From Octopus sinensis (taxonomy: Eukaryota), in NCBI RefSeq assembly GCF_006345805.1, contig NC_043019.1, positions 9,857,360-9,921,359 of the forward strand: a DNA stretch of 64,000 nucleotides, in the 5' to 3' direction. Positions 40,798-55,600 of this stretch are shown in pieces. The notes under the pieces are model-generated. The model saw only the letters and a program-made list of their open reading frames with translations. It had not been told where the DNA came from and made no database searches. Positions within the stretch are counted from its first letter, which is position 1. Each line of letters begins with the position of its first letter. Made by a program: the position numbers and the translations under genes.

Positions 40798-43700
40798 CAT
40801 AATACCAGAAAAATTTGAAAAGAGTACCTCATCGACCATCATTGTGGACATACTTCTTCCAATTTCTTGCACTTCATGCTTATGTCCAACTGGAGACAGC
40901 AAGATAAAAAGAAATTTGGTTGGTAGTGTAACCTCTGTCAATTCTCCAATAATCCGGGATTTATGGAGCCTGACAAAAGCTAAATATTGCTTAGAAAGGG
41001 ATTCTAGTTCTCCAACCATCATATTGGCAACTTCAGCATCTTTAGGAATCTTTCGCATAAAATGTAGGTTTCCCTAAAATTTGAAGATGAAAACAGTATG
41101 AACATCATTACAATCTGTTTCTAAAAACAGTGCTGGGAGTTTAATTGAACATCAAAATGTATTGGCCAATGTATGTGGGGAAAAGATGACCATGCTATTA
41201 AGGATGAATTTATATGAATGAATGCAAGGAGAGACTCATTATGAAAACAACAGGAAAAATTTAGCATAGGTCAAAGGACATTAATTAAACTCCAGATATT
41301 TAATTACAAACTAACAATATTGACAAAAAGGTGTACTTATTATCTATCTAACCCATGCTGACATTAGGTAAAAACACAAAAGCCAAAAGTAGCACTGATA
41401 TTTAACAAGCTTTCTTCTGTTTGGAGACAATAAGGGTTTATAAATTTATAGGTTTTGCATTTCAAACAATTAAGATGTTTTATTGGCAATAATTAATGAG
41501 TCATTTAATTTATATGCTCATTTTTTGAATATGTACATTATCCCTTTCTTTGAATTTTGAAAACTATAAAGATTTAATAAAATAACTATTTACTAAATTT
41601 ACTAATACATAATGCCTAAAATTTTTATACAAAATATCAGGAGCAATATAGTAGGATGGCATTAAACTTGAGTGTGAAAAGAGAAAAGATAAAATATATT
41701 ATTGATTTTTTTAATATAAAAAGTGTTGGTGTGCGGGAGAACATTATATTCAAGAATGTATAGTACTCAAGTAAACACAGTATGCTTGTTATTATTAAGT
41801 TGGTGTTTGAAACAATAAAGAAAGTTTCTCACATAAAATTACGATGGAATATTTTCATTTAGAGATGAGTATTTTAAAATGCGAGGTTTTACATAATAGA
41901 ATCAGAGGTAGTTCCAAGCAGATTGGAATCAAAAGGATTATATATTAGTTATATTATTATTAATTTTCCATAATTAAAGATATAGGTCTTATCTTTTGTT
42001 GTTTTTTTAATAACCTAAGCAATAGAAGGAAGGTAGCAATGTTTAATCTTTTTCAAGTCAACTGAAGCTGGAAGCGGGCAGGGAAAGAAGCTATCCTTAG
42101 ATCAGATACCTGGCTTATATGCTTGCAGCAGAATATACTCTGCTTAAGGTACTCAACAGTCAGATCATTGTTAAAAACAGGTCAAGGATTAAGTATACCA
42201 CTTCTGAACAAGAATGGTTTTCTCATGGGCTTCTACACAGATTCCATCTATCAGATTTACCCTCAAGACATTTTTGTTCATAAAAGTTGAGCCTGAAAAC
42301 ACTTGGGTAAGGTACCAATGTACAGGGGGATGAACCCAAAATGATATACTGACTTATATGCTTGCGAGTAAAAAAGAGAGTTGTGACACACGTCTTTCCT
42401 CCAAAGACTAACAATTTCTCAGATAAAATAAAATCCAAGCAAATGGTGGTTATCTGCATTGGCAATTGTATTATTTGAGAAAAGCAATACATACAGCACT
42501 CTTCTGCTTAGCTGAGCTCATCCTAACCCTTAATTTCTTTTCTTTATCTGAAGTATTTTACAAACAAATCAATGTTGTTGAGAACCAGCTCTAATTATTT
42601 TTTGTAGGCTACATTGAAAAGTAAATCATCACCCAATTAATGGTACCCACCTTAGGGCTGTGCAGTCACTATATTGACAACTGTGTTGATACTAAGAAAA
42701 CATCAGCTTGATATGTTCATCACTTTCATTAACTCTTTGTAGCCCAGCTTAGAAGTTACCTCTACCATATCTGACACCTCAGTTTTTTCTTGAAATCTCC
42801 ATCACTATCAATAATATCCACCTGTCCATCTTCATCCACTAAAAAACTGTTGACTTCCATTCCTATTTTCACTACTTTTCTGCTAAACCCACAAACTCAC
42901 TAAATCTGCTGATTATGCAGCATTAACTTCATCATCATCATCGTTTAACGTCCACTTTCCCTGTTGGCATGCGTTGGACGGTTTAACTGAGGACTGGTGA
43001 GCCAGAGGCTGCACCAGGCTCAATTTGGACTGGCAAAGTTTCTACAGCTGGATGCCCTTCCTAATGCCAACCACTCCAAGAGTGTAGTGGGTGCTTTTTA
43101 CATGCCACTGGTACAAGGGCCAGTCAGGCAATTCTGGCAATGACCACGCTCATGGTCAAAAGGTGTTTTTATGCGCTACCTGCATGGAATCCAGTCCAGC
43201 AGCACTGGCAACAACCATGCTCTGAATGTTGTTGTTAATGTGCCACCAGCGCATGTGCCAGTAAGGCGATGCTGGCAACAATCATGCTCGAATGGTGCTT
43301 TTCACATGTCACCAGCACAGGGGCTGAGCACATACTTTCTTCCTCAATCAAGAGTAACTTTGGTCTATCCCTCCTCTGAAACACAAATTCATCCACAACT
43401 TCCAAACCCAACTTTCTAATCCCACAACTGCTCCAATTTGTCCTGCACTATCTCACCTCACCTTTAAAAAAGGATAGAGTCTTACTTAGAAATTCCATAG
43501 CTTCCAACCACACGTAACCAAGCAAATGTTCTTACCAGTAAAGCAGCATCTGCCCCCTATATTAATAACATTACAATTATCACGGGGCCTATGTCACAGT
43601 ACAATGTTACACAAAAGTTCTGTTGTGCATCTTCTAGCCTCATATATTGCATCATCTGCACACTTGGTAGAGTACTTTTCAATGGTAGAAACAGGCCATC

Positions 43701-46639
43701 ACCTTGCCAATGACTTTCAAGAGCATACTGTGTATGACACATTGTGTATATCAGGCCAACCTGTCACCACCCACTTCAACACAACAAGCCATTCCATTAC
43801 TCACTTACTGGTGTGTAGCATCTCCACACACCATGGATTTTTGTATTCAAGGAAACAAGAAGAACAATATTTCATATGGTACCATGACACTGTCAGGTTT
43901 AAATAAATGGTTTTCTTTCTGATTTTACACCTCTTTGTTCAGTAATCCTTTTCTTATCGTCCAACCACCCTCTCACCTCCATTTTTCCCTCCAATTCACC
44001 CTCACCTGCTTCTCTTCCTCTTTTCATTTCTTCTTCCTCCTGTCTCTCCCACCTATTACTTATATGAAATTCACATTGTCTTGTGTTTCTCATCACTTGA
44101 AGCTTGTTTCTTAAGCATTGAGCTCGTAAAATGTTGCTGTTTTACTTTAATTTCCCTCCTCTCAGCTGAAGGTGGGTTCAGTCAGAAACATTAGATATTC
44201 AACTTCCCATGGAACTTAACAATTTATTCGCAACAATTAATCTTAGGAAAAGCATCCGACTGATGATCATATTGAAACATAACTGGAATGCATTGTCAAA
44301 TATCAAAATCAAAGGGCTATCATTCTTGTATGAGAATGGAAAAATTATTTTAAAATTTTCTCTCAAAAAACTAAAGAACAGATAAGACACTATGGAGATA
44401 AGTTTCATGCAATAAGTTTTAATATTTTGGGGATCTGGGGCAAAAAGGTTGATGTGTAACCATCTGTCAGTGTTGACACAGCATTTTTGTAGGATTAGCA
44501 GTAATTTGTATGTAGTGAGAATATTCAGCAGTTACCTAAATATCATGCTTTGCTGGAATGTTGCTTGCCTGATCAATGACTATGGTCAATCCCGATCTGG
44601 TCAATCATGACTTTATGTGGAACAGAGCTCCAGTGACTAATATCAACTTTGGCACTTTTTTTGCTGAGCCTCTTGATCGGTATAAAATGAACACATGTGA
44701 CCACCAGCAGTCAGAGAGCCTTGGTTTGAAGCAGAGACAACCAGTAGATGACATGGCAAACAGACACAGGCAGCAGCTGAACCTAGCTAATATCATCATT
44801 ATAAACAATCCGGCAGAAACATGACAACGAGCAGAAAAACTTTTCTAATACCATTTCAATTATAATAATACCCAAACCCTCTCAGCATTTGTCATTATAA
44901 TATTTCAATTACACTAACCACAATAACATTCAACTCTCTCAACCAGAAATAAAGTTTGCTTGTAAAAGTCTCAACAGGTTTCATAGTTTTCTTCTATGCA
45001 CAACTGTTGACCTCTGACGCTAGAAATAACAGCCAGCACCTAACAGCTAATAGCCAGCTCACAACATTAGCAGTCAGAGACACTTCCTCACATTTAGCTA
45101 TTCAGCTCAACTACAAGTGGTAAACACAGGGCTGTCGTCAAGCCCCTGCAACCCCTGTGGTCGCAAGGGGCCTCTGAGATTGAGGGGCCCAATGTTAAGA
45201 TCAAAGTACATAGATGAGCCATCTATTTACTTTGGTTAAGATGTTAACTGAAAATTTCAAGCCAGACGAGGAAAAATACCAGGGTGCACCATAAATAAAT
45301 TTAAAAGAAATGAAAAAAGTAAATAAAAAAGTTTGTTGACGAATTCCCTCGGGAGATAAAAGAGAAATGAAAGAAATCCAAACCAATGAAAATAAGAACA
45401 ACTTCAATAAAAAAGACAAGAAAAAGAAGTAATGGTGATGAAAGCTGGGGATGTATACTTATAGATACATACAAACGTACACACACAAGCATATGTACAC
45501 GTTCATTCCTTTATACATACACACATATATACAACTAGCTTTTTACACACACACACATATATATACAACTAGCTTTTCTTCTGTTTCCATCTACCAAATC
45601 CATTCACAAGGCTTTGGCCAACTCGGGTCAATAGATAGATAGATAGACGTGTACCAAGCACACACATGCATTTCTAAGTCTCTCTGTCTCACACTCTTTC
45701 TCTTTTCATTTTTTTTTCTCTCTCTCTCTCTGCTCTAATAGATGTGTAATATCAGTGTGCATACATGACAGAATGTAAATGCCCTGAGAGAGAAAAGTTG
45801 GACATAAGAAGCATCAGATGACTGCACTGGTATGGTCATGTGTTGCGCATAGACGAGGACAGCTGTGTGGAAAAGTGTCACACCCTAGCAGTAGAGGGAA
45901 GCTGTGGAAGAGGTAGACCCAGGAAGACCTTGGACGAGCTGTTGAAGCATGACCTTTGCAAGTTGGACCTCATCGAAGCGATGACAAATGACCGAGACCT
46001 TTAGAGATATACTGTGCTTGAGAAGACCTAGCAAGCCAAGTGAGACTGTAACCGTAGCCTGTGCAAGTGCAGCATAACCAGCCCATTTAAGAGTACCCTT
46101 CAATCATTGGGCAATAAACTGCGCTTGCAAAGATCTGTTGAGGAAAGTGAAGTCATTGTCATGGCTGATGACAGTACCGCCTAATTAGCACCTGTGCTGG
46201 TGGCACGTAAAAAGCACCATTCACACATGGTTGATGCTAGAGCCTCCTGACTGGTCCCGTGCTGGGGGCACATGAAAAGCACCATTCCAGTGTGGTTGAT
46301 GCCAGTACCAGCTGTCTGGTCCTGTGCCAGTGGCATGTAAAAAGCACCCACTACACTCTCAAAGTGGATAGTATTAGGAAGGGCATCCAGCTGTAGAAAC
46401 ATTGCCAGATCAAATTGGAGTCTGGTGCAGCTTTCTGGCTCACAAGCCCTCAGTCAAACCGTCTAACCCATGCCAGCATGGAAAGTGGATGTTAAACGAT
46501 GATGATGATGATGATGATATTTATTTGGTGCTGTTATTTGATGTTGTTGAAAAGCTGGTCACTTTGTATCCAGAACAGTGGCCTTTGACCTCCCAAGGCA
46601 ATAAAAACATAATTCTTTCTGTACCAAAACAATGCTTGT

Positions 46640-46673
<34 letters not shown>

Positions 46674-49600
46674 GTTTGCGTGTGTGTATGTATCTATCTA
46701 TGTACAGATATTGTTTGCTCACTGTCACCAAGCATCTCAATTCTTTAGTGGCAACTAGTTTGTGATCGATGTATTTTACTTTGCAAAGTACTAGTTTCTC
46801 CTTGAATTTGTGATTTCAGAGAAAGGTAAGAAATTCCTCATATTTTGCATCTTTGGTATTTTGACTTTACAGTTTGAATTGTAGAATTGTCTGTCCAATC
46901 GAAATATTGCAACAGCTAACAGTGAAACATAGAATTAAAAAAAGGCTTTTTCGACTGTTTTCAAGTCTTTGAGAACATTCATGTCTATTTTTCAAAAATA
47001 TATAATTTGAAATAGCTTGCTTTTGTTTTGGACTGAAGAGTTTTTGTATTTTAATGTTCTTGAATAAACTTTTTTGTATACAAAAGCTGAGACAACTATA
47101 CTCCACAGTTGTCATTTTGAAATGCTTGTCTTCTGATATTTGTGAGTCCATTGAATAAATATTCAACCGTATTAAATGTTGGCCTTCCTAAACATGAAAT
47201 TATATGATAGTTTCAGCTCCAAATAAATTTAACTTGTACTTTTAAAGATATTCTTTAGGTTAACGAGAAATATTGAACTTCAGATAGAATAAAGTAAAAT
47301 GTAGTTATGAATAAAAGGTGTGTAGATTATGAACTTTGGTTGAAGAGATAGGGCCTTGAAACAAAAAGTTGCAGGGGGCCTCTAAAAGTCATGCAACGGT
47401 CCTGGGTCAATGACACCTAACAGCTACAATTGATGATCCCCAAGTGGGACAGAACATCTTCACAGCCATATGTATAATTCTCCTTGAGAAATCCTTGATT
47501 ATCCAGTAGATATTACTGTATTTGTTGGTCGTAAATCATCATTATCTGTTTAATCATTACTTTTTCATGTTTGCATGAGTCAGATGAGACTCCTTTGGTG
47601 CTAAGTTTTCTATGGTTAGGTGTTCTTCTTGACATCAATCCTAAGTTATTTCCATGCAAAGAAATGATCCCCCAGTCTATAGGACAAGGAACAGCCTGGA
47701 CATGATTATGTGGAGAACTGGAAACAAATGACATTATTTGTATTAACAGTGAAGCTTTTGTTCACAAAGATCACGCAACATGGTGAAGACATCAAGAAGC
47801 TTGGGCAAGCAAACAAACACTGCACGAGTAGTGAGGCTTTAGTCTACAGTCAGTTAATACATGTAAAGATGTAGGGAAAATATGAATTCAGTCACACCAA
47901 TACTTAAAAACTCATACAATGCATGTACATATATGACAGGCTTCTTCAGTTTCTGCCAACCAGTTTCACTCACCAAGTATTAGATTAATTCATAGCTGTA
48001 GTAGAAGACACCAACCAAAAGCATTCATAAAGTGAAACCAAAAGCACATGGTGCCAAACTGAACTTAATTACACACTGACAGTAAACGGCAGTAAAATAG
48101 AAAATTCATATTTCTAAAACAACTTTGAAAACAAAGCAAAAATAGCAACTAGAAGATATTTGAATGTAATATCATACCATTTTAACTATTTCTGAAAGTT
48201 TTTAGGGCCTTTCTCTTATTTGGGGATATTTTGCTTTTCTAACTATTCAAGTCAATTTTATTGAAAATGTTAAGGTACTTTCACTTTGTATTAGAGTTCA
48301 AGAACGTTTTGAAAATGTGTGGCTTCAATAAGATTAGTAGAATAATTTCTAATAAATCAGATTATTTGCCATTAGATATATTTGTAGAGGTTAAGTGTGT
48401 ATGTAAACAAATATGTAAACCGATTCATAATTGAAAAGAATTTATTTACAGGGTTTGATTCGTTATAGGTACACTACATACAAAATGTAGGCAACTGATA
48501 CAAGTTGCTAGAAATACAGAGTATATCGTGGAAGTCATATTAGGAATGAATATGTTTGTGTGTGTGCATGTGTGCGTTAATCATTTGAAACAGTAGTTGA
48601 TCGTAGCATTTCGAAACATTTCTCTCGGTCTCTGCCAAAACATTCTGTAGCTGGACTATCTCGTCTGTCTGCCCGCCTCTCTTGTTTCACCACGGTTTTA
48701 TAATATTTGTGGCAGCTAGAAAGACAGACATACTGCAGCAGAGTTTGTACCTAAATAGGTCAGCACCTGTCCAGTTGAACTTCACCTGACATGATGAGAT
48801 CGCAGGTCAAAGGGAGATGATCAATCAATTTTTGACAGGACAAAGAAAACCTTTTTTCGCGCCTGTTGATCATTGTGGTTTGGACGACCAAGAATTCTTG
48901 GATTCGGTTTCGAATCTAGGCTTGGAGAAGGAAGTGTTAATTCTTACATATTTCTTCTGTACAGAAAATATCAGGCTGATGAAAAAGTTTCTGCGCTATG
49001 TTTTGAATAGTTGATGTTTTTGAATAAATTATTGCATAAAATATCTTTATTTTAACTCAGTGCACAAACTTTTTCTTCAGCCTAGTAAATCTTTCTTGAA
49101 CAAATCAATATTACAAAATTATGATTGCATTCTAATCTCAAAGTGAATGCCTCAATCTACAATTCACACAGCCCGCTACTCCCTTTCTGCTACTACAAAC
49201 CCACACTGCCATACTCCATTCATCCAAATAGTGCATTGTATCAAGTGAGTAACTAAAAAGTTTTAACGAAATGTCGACCTTCTTATTTCCTCATGGCACG
49301 CAAACAGATCTGAATGAATTTTACAGGCACAGATAACAAGAGTAATATGTACAGGGTCATTTGACTTGCTAAAAGCAACAGCCACCCCACTCAAACTACA
49401 TCTTAATGTCTTAAAAAAGAGAAAGCGGTGGAGGACACATTGAGTAATATAGTTTTAGATATATAAAACTACAAGATGGTCAATACTGACACACCTTCTG
49501 CAGATCCAGAATTAAACAACAGAATACTCCTTTCCTCAGACTTCATCTCCATTTGCTATACAGAAGGAGCTAAAACTAAGAGAGATAATCCCCACCCCCT

Positions 49601-52600
49601 TTCAGATACTAGTTATCTTTCTAGATAAATGGGAATAATGGTTCTTACTTTGTTTGGATGTAATTCACCAGATTCTCCACTGGTCACCCCACTGTCTAAA
49701 CTCTGGTTGCTGCTCACAGACTTTAAATTATCCAAACTTTTGGATTCCACATGAGAATGATCTGCAACAAAATAGTCATTTAAATAACTACAATTAAAAA
49801 AAGGAAAAAGAAGTTGGGGGCCGGTGCCCCCTGACTGGCTCTCATGCCAATGGCACATAAAAAGAACCATCTAAACATTGTCAATGCCAGGTCTGCTTGA
49901 CTGGCACCTGTGCTGGTAGCACGTAAAAAGCATCAACCAATTGTGACCGATGATAGTACCCCCTAATAGGCTCTTGTGCCGGTGGCACGTAAAAAAGCAC
50001 CATCCAAGCATGTTCGTTGCTGGGCCTACCTTACTGGCTCCAGTGCCAGGGGCATGTAAAAAGCACCAATCAATCGTGACTGATGCCAGTACCCGCTGAC
50101 TGGCTCCTGTGCTGGTGGCACGTAAAAAACACCCACTACACTCTTGGAGTGGTTGGTGTTAGGAAGGGCATCCAGCTGTAGAAACCCTGCCAGACCAGAT
50201 TGGAGCCCGGTGCAGCCGCTGGCTCTCCAGACCTCAGTCAAAACGTCCAACCAATGCCAGCATGGAAAACAGACGTTAATTGATGATGATGTTGATCAGT
50301 GCTGAATGAACAAAACTATTGATGGTCAAAGGCATTTCCCCTGTGACCACTCACAACTACATTAACCAATGTTATCATACATTTTTGTGTTTGTTTATTT
50401 TATTTTGAGACTGTATGGTATTGGGCAAAAATAATCATTACTTGGTTTCAGATTTTTACATTGAGAGTTCAAAGTTCAAATCTTGCCTGGGTTAACTTTA
50501 CATTTCATCTTTCATAGACTGAGAAAATAAAGTACTAGTCAAGTTCTGGAAATGAAGTAATTGACCAATTCTGACACATTCCTAGCTTTTTTGTGCAAGT
50601 GACTACAGCCAAGAATCCTGAATGGATCTTAATGTTGCTCATGCTTTAAGGGTGGATGAACATGTAAACCATAATATCAACAATATTCCTGTGAAGAACT
50701 AAGATTGCCAGCATTTCTAACTTTGAAAGACAATAGTGTCACAAGGCAGTATTTAAGCATCCATTATTTTGCTTGACAAAAGCCAATCAACAGAAGAAGA
50801 GTGTGCAATGCTGCTATTTCTAGCAGAATGAGAGGTTGTGTAGGGCATCTCCAAGAAATTCCTGATTACCAGTTAGTAGTTGCCTTGGTGTTGAAGTCAG
50901 TTAGGAGCTAAAAATACAAGGGTCAATCTGGTACTTATTTTATAGAAGCTAGAAAGATGAAATGCAAAATCAAACAACATAATGAGATTGACCTCCAAAA
51001 AAGAAAAGACTATAACTAAATATAGTACAGCATTTTGTTCAACACACTAGAAATTCTACCCATCCACTGTCTTTAATTGTAATTCATAACTTAGATCAAG
51101 ACTACACATTTTAAGGGAGCGGGGACTAATGAAATCAAATCCAGTACTTAACGGGTTCAGTTTCATTGACTGTTGAAATATAATCCTTTCTTTATTGGTC
51201 ACAGGTATCTCATACTTACAATATTTTTTATACAATATAATTACAAGCAAATATATTGGGGTGTACATATACAATAAATTAAGAATGGATCAAATATATA
51301 ACACAAAAAACAAAAGGAACTCGGAAAATATGGGGAGGTGAGAATAAGGATATTCCAAGGCTGCAGCCAGCTTGTGCTCTGGGAACTTATTACCACTTGA
51401 GTATATCATTCAAACAGCATCTAATGATTAATCCCCCTATTTGGGCCTTTTTGCAAATTTTTCCCCCTTCATTCCATTTGTTTTAGAGTTGAAATTATCT
51501 CACCTTGTATGCTTTTAACTTCAGATGATACAAGAATGAATGAGAGTTTAGTTGGAGCGATAGACTCCTGTCTTATTATTTCAAACTTGTCTGCTACACA
51601 ACCCTTCATGCCAAAAACATTAAGCAAAGAAAAACTGCCTGTTCCTCCTTGCCAAAATACAGTCACATGCACACACTAACAGCTGCTTGATGGCAGCTCC
51701 ACAGTTTATCAGTGTCTGAACACTGACTAAATACTATAATAACAATAACTATCTATTTTGTAGGTCACAAAGGCCCAAGATGTTAAGGACAATGCAAAAA
51801 AAAAAAAATAGAGAGAGAGTTGGTGCTGTCAATGAAGGCACATTGAAAAGTAGGTCTATTGAGATTGTAGAGATGCTTCAATGGAGATGTGTTGATGTAT
51901 GCAGGTAAGGTGGAGAGGTGTTTCAGCCAGGGTCCTCACAGGTGAGGCACATAGGTATAAAATCTGGGAAAATTGTGATTTGGGAGAGGGGACTAATTGA
52001 TTACATTGACCCCAGTGTTTCACTGGTACTTAATTTTTTGACCCCGAAAGGATGAAAGACAAAGTCAACCTTGGCAGAATTTGAAGTCAGAATGTAAACA
52101 CGAACAAAATGCTGCTAAATGTTTGGCCCAGTGTGCTAATGATTCAGCCAGCTTGCTGTCATTAACAACAACAATAAAAATGATAATAAAAATAATACAA
52201 ACGCAAGTCATAAAGACTCCGAACAGAGCGAAGTTTCTCAAGGTTGGCTTTGTAACGTCTCTTGGCATACAGGTGTTTGTGTTGCTTTAGTAGTACATCT
52301 CGTGCTCTCTCTCTCTCATTGCTTTTTGTCATGCCAGAATGTTGCTGCCAAGTAGTGATAACTTGATCTAAAGAATATAGTTGAGAAAAATGTTTCATTA
52401 AGAATAGGGATTACAGTACACAGGTGGAGGGGTAACAGTTAGAATATAATTTTAAGATGAACGAGGTGGGAATATAGAGAATATTGAGGAAGAAAAAGAA
52501 AAGAGGAAGAGAGAGGAAAAAAGAATGACAGAATAAGAGAGAATGACAAAGAGACTGACTGACAGAGAGGAGACTAGCCTATATCTGATGAGAAAAAAGA

Positions 52601-55600
52601 GATAAAATAAGGTAGTGGAAAAAAAGAAGAGCTAGGGAGCAATAGCAGAGGAAAGATGATTTGATCTACAAAGAGAAAGAGAGGGTAGGATGAGAAAACA
52701 TTGAGTCTGGTAGAGAGTGGGACAGAGAGGACTGACTACCAGAAAGAAAAAAAAAAGAGAAGTCTGGGGAAAGACATGGACTAAAAAAGTCAGTGAGACA
52801 AACACTTGCAAACCTTTTGCTACCATGACCCATTTTGATGAGAAAAAATATTAAAAAACCCATTAATCCTTTGGGATCTCCTTTTTAAACGATATTCCAT
52901 ATAATGATATAATGTATCTAGCAATCTACTGCTGTAGACTGGTACTTTATTTGGCCCCAGAAGAACGACAGGTAAAGTTGCCTTCTGTGAGATCTCTTAA
53001 TAATAATTTCTAATGTAGGTGCAAGGCTAGGAATTTGAAAGCTAGTAAAGTTCATTCAATTAAATTGACCCTTGTACTTGGATTAATATTTAATTTAGCA
53101 AATCAAGATGATGAAAAGTAAAGTCAACTGCACTGGGACTTGAAGTCAGAAGACAAAACACTGCACAACCAATAGAACAGATCTCTATACAGTCGTTAGA
53201 TCTGCTAAAAATAACCGCTAGATACTCCTTATCAAACCCCACTGTCTTAAAAAAGAGAAGATACATTGGGTGATGTATAGTATTAGATAACCCCAACAAA
53301 AGTTGATCATAGCCAGAATTCATTTGATTACAGGTTTATTTGATTAGTTTACCTGGGCTTAAATAATGAAAAAAAAACAACAGTAGAAAACCATTCTACC
53401 AAAACTCCTGTCCACAACTCTCTAATGATAATCACTGATAATGGTTATCTTCAGGTGTAATCTACTCTCTGCATATTGAATATCATGGATAACTAATACT
53501 ATCTATGGTTAATTTCAAGTGTGTTCATAGCAGGGTTCCAGTCTCTTCTATAGGGACAGGTTAGCCACAGTGAGATTTGAACTCAGAACAACAAACACCA
53601 TATGTCTGGAACTCTTCCAGTCCACTGCCCTAAATTAGCACTTCATTTTGCTGAACTGTAAATAGCGAAAGGCAAAACTTGACCATGGCAGGATTAGAAG
53701 ATGGTTTTATATACTTAAGAAAGGTCATACATTTTATGGTGAAAGGATAGTTGTTGAATTAGTCACCAAAATAAATACATGTCTTTATAGAGGTCACAAA
53801 AGTGACAGAGGGTATTGACTAGCACCGCATTTGCTAAAAATAAGAGTTAAACAACTTTAAAAAGCCACAAAAGCACTGCCTTAATGACTGAGAAAGGAGG
53901 GTAAAGCAGTACTAGTCAGTACCTTCTGTCACTTTTGTGACTTCTTTAATTTTGTCTTAGGTTCTAATTGCTCATAAGCCACCCTTTTTAATTTGTTGTT
54001 TACACTTTTACCACTTATAAGACTGACAGAAATAGTTGGGTTTAATTCTAGATGTTAAGAGACGTTGATGAGGATTAAAATGGCCTACATCAAAATCCAA
54101 AATCGTAATCCAGCTATATACACTAGGGACTTACCTACCTTTGTTAGTCATGAAGACAGTGCTTTTCTAGCTTTTTGAGTTGTTTTCACTCTTATTTTTA
54201 GCAAAAGAGATGCTAGTCAGTACCTTCTGTTACTTTTGTGACCTGTATTAATCATGCCTTTAAGTTCAAATTGTTAATAAGCCACCTAATTTGTTGTCTA
54301 GTATTTAAGTATTTTATAAGTTGATGATGAAAAAAGTCCAAAGCTATAATATTCTTTGGATTTGAAAACGGTACTTTTAGCTTTAAAAATACACAAGACA
54401 TTTAGTCAAACACATCGCTATACTGTTTCACATACTATTCAAACCAAGAGCACACAAACCAACAAGATTGTAAGTACAGTTTTTGATTTGCTAGAAATGA
54501 CAGCCAGACCTTCAAATTATACCTCATCTTAGAAAAGAATGAGTAGACCATACAAACACACACCATACAGAAGAAACAACCTGTGTCTTACCAATCACAG
54601 AAGAAATGTCACTGGCATCAATATCCAAAAGGACAGCACCATCTATGATACTTTTCTTCAGACTGAACAATGCATGCATTGACAGAGATGCTACATGAGG
54701 TTTTGACCAGCGCTCACCACCATCTTCCACATCTTCTTCATATTTCACCCATCTTAAAATTAAATTAATATTAATGATTATAAATAATTACTAATTTCTT
54801 ACATTTAAATATTTCTGCCATAAAATTGACAGATGAGATACAATAAGGACAATAATTTCTTTTGTAGGTCAAAAGCACTTGATTTGTTGGGGACAATACA
54901 AAGGTAAAACATCAGAAAAACAACAGAGATAATAAAGCATTTGCAGCAGATGAAAGGGTGACATCAACAATAACAATAAAGTCACATTAAAAGAGGAGCA
55001 AGAAAGGAATCCCTAAAATAGATGAGTAACTTTAAAGGAAGATTCGTAGCAGCCAACATACAATCCAGGATTAGCCTGGTACAATAAAAGTAAATGCCTT
55101 TTCCAAGACTACTGCTGTACAGTTAGTGTGGGCTCTTATAGCCCTGCTAATTTCTCCACTTGCAAATGTTAAGAAACAAACAACAGTTTCTGAATTATAG
55201 GAAGCAAAAACTTTGCATTATTAATATAACAACCCACTCATCATAAACATATCTGCCTATACATCAGATTCCTCCATCTCTGACTTCTGAAACCCTCTTC
55301 TGGTGATTGGGGATGATTTTCTCCCTTCAAACAATAACAATCCCCACCCCCATTTCCTCTTCTGTATTTATTTTAACACTATTTCCAACTGGAAAAGATA
55401 ACGGAAGACTAACTTTATTAATTATATTCCTTAGGCTCTGATATAAGCACAAGAGTCTTAAAGTATGATACCCACCTTTTTCTATCTAGGTGTCAGCAAA
55501 CTGGTCATTTGTGAGAATCCATAAAATCTTTGCAATTTCCTTTCTGCTCATCATTCCTCTCACAATGGCCATCTCTATGCAAAGTCTTTTGTCTATAATT

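Noticed and set aside
44160-44200. Hammerhead-like ctgaagg...gaaacatt
   Set aside because: CUGANGA is imperfect and there is no convincing stem I, so chance cannot be excluded.
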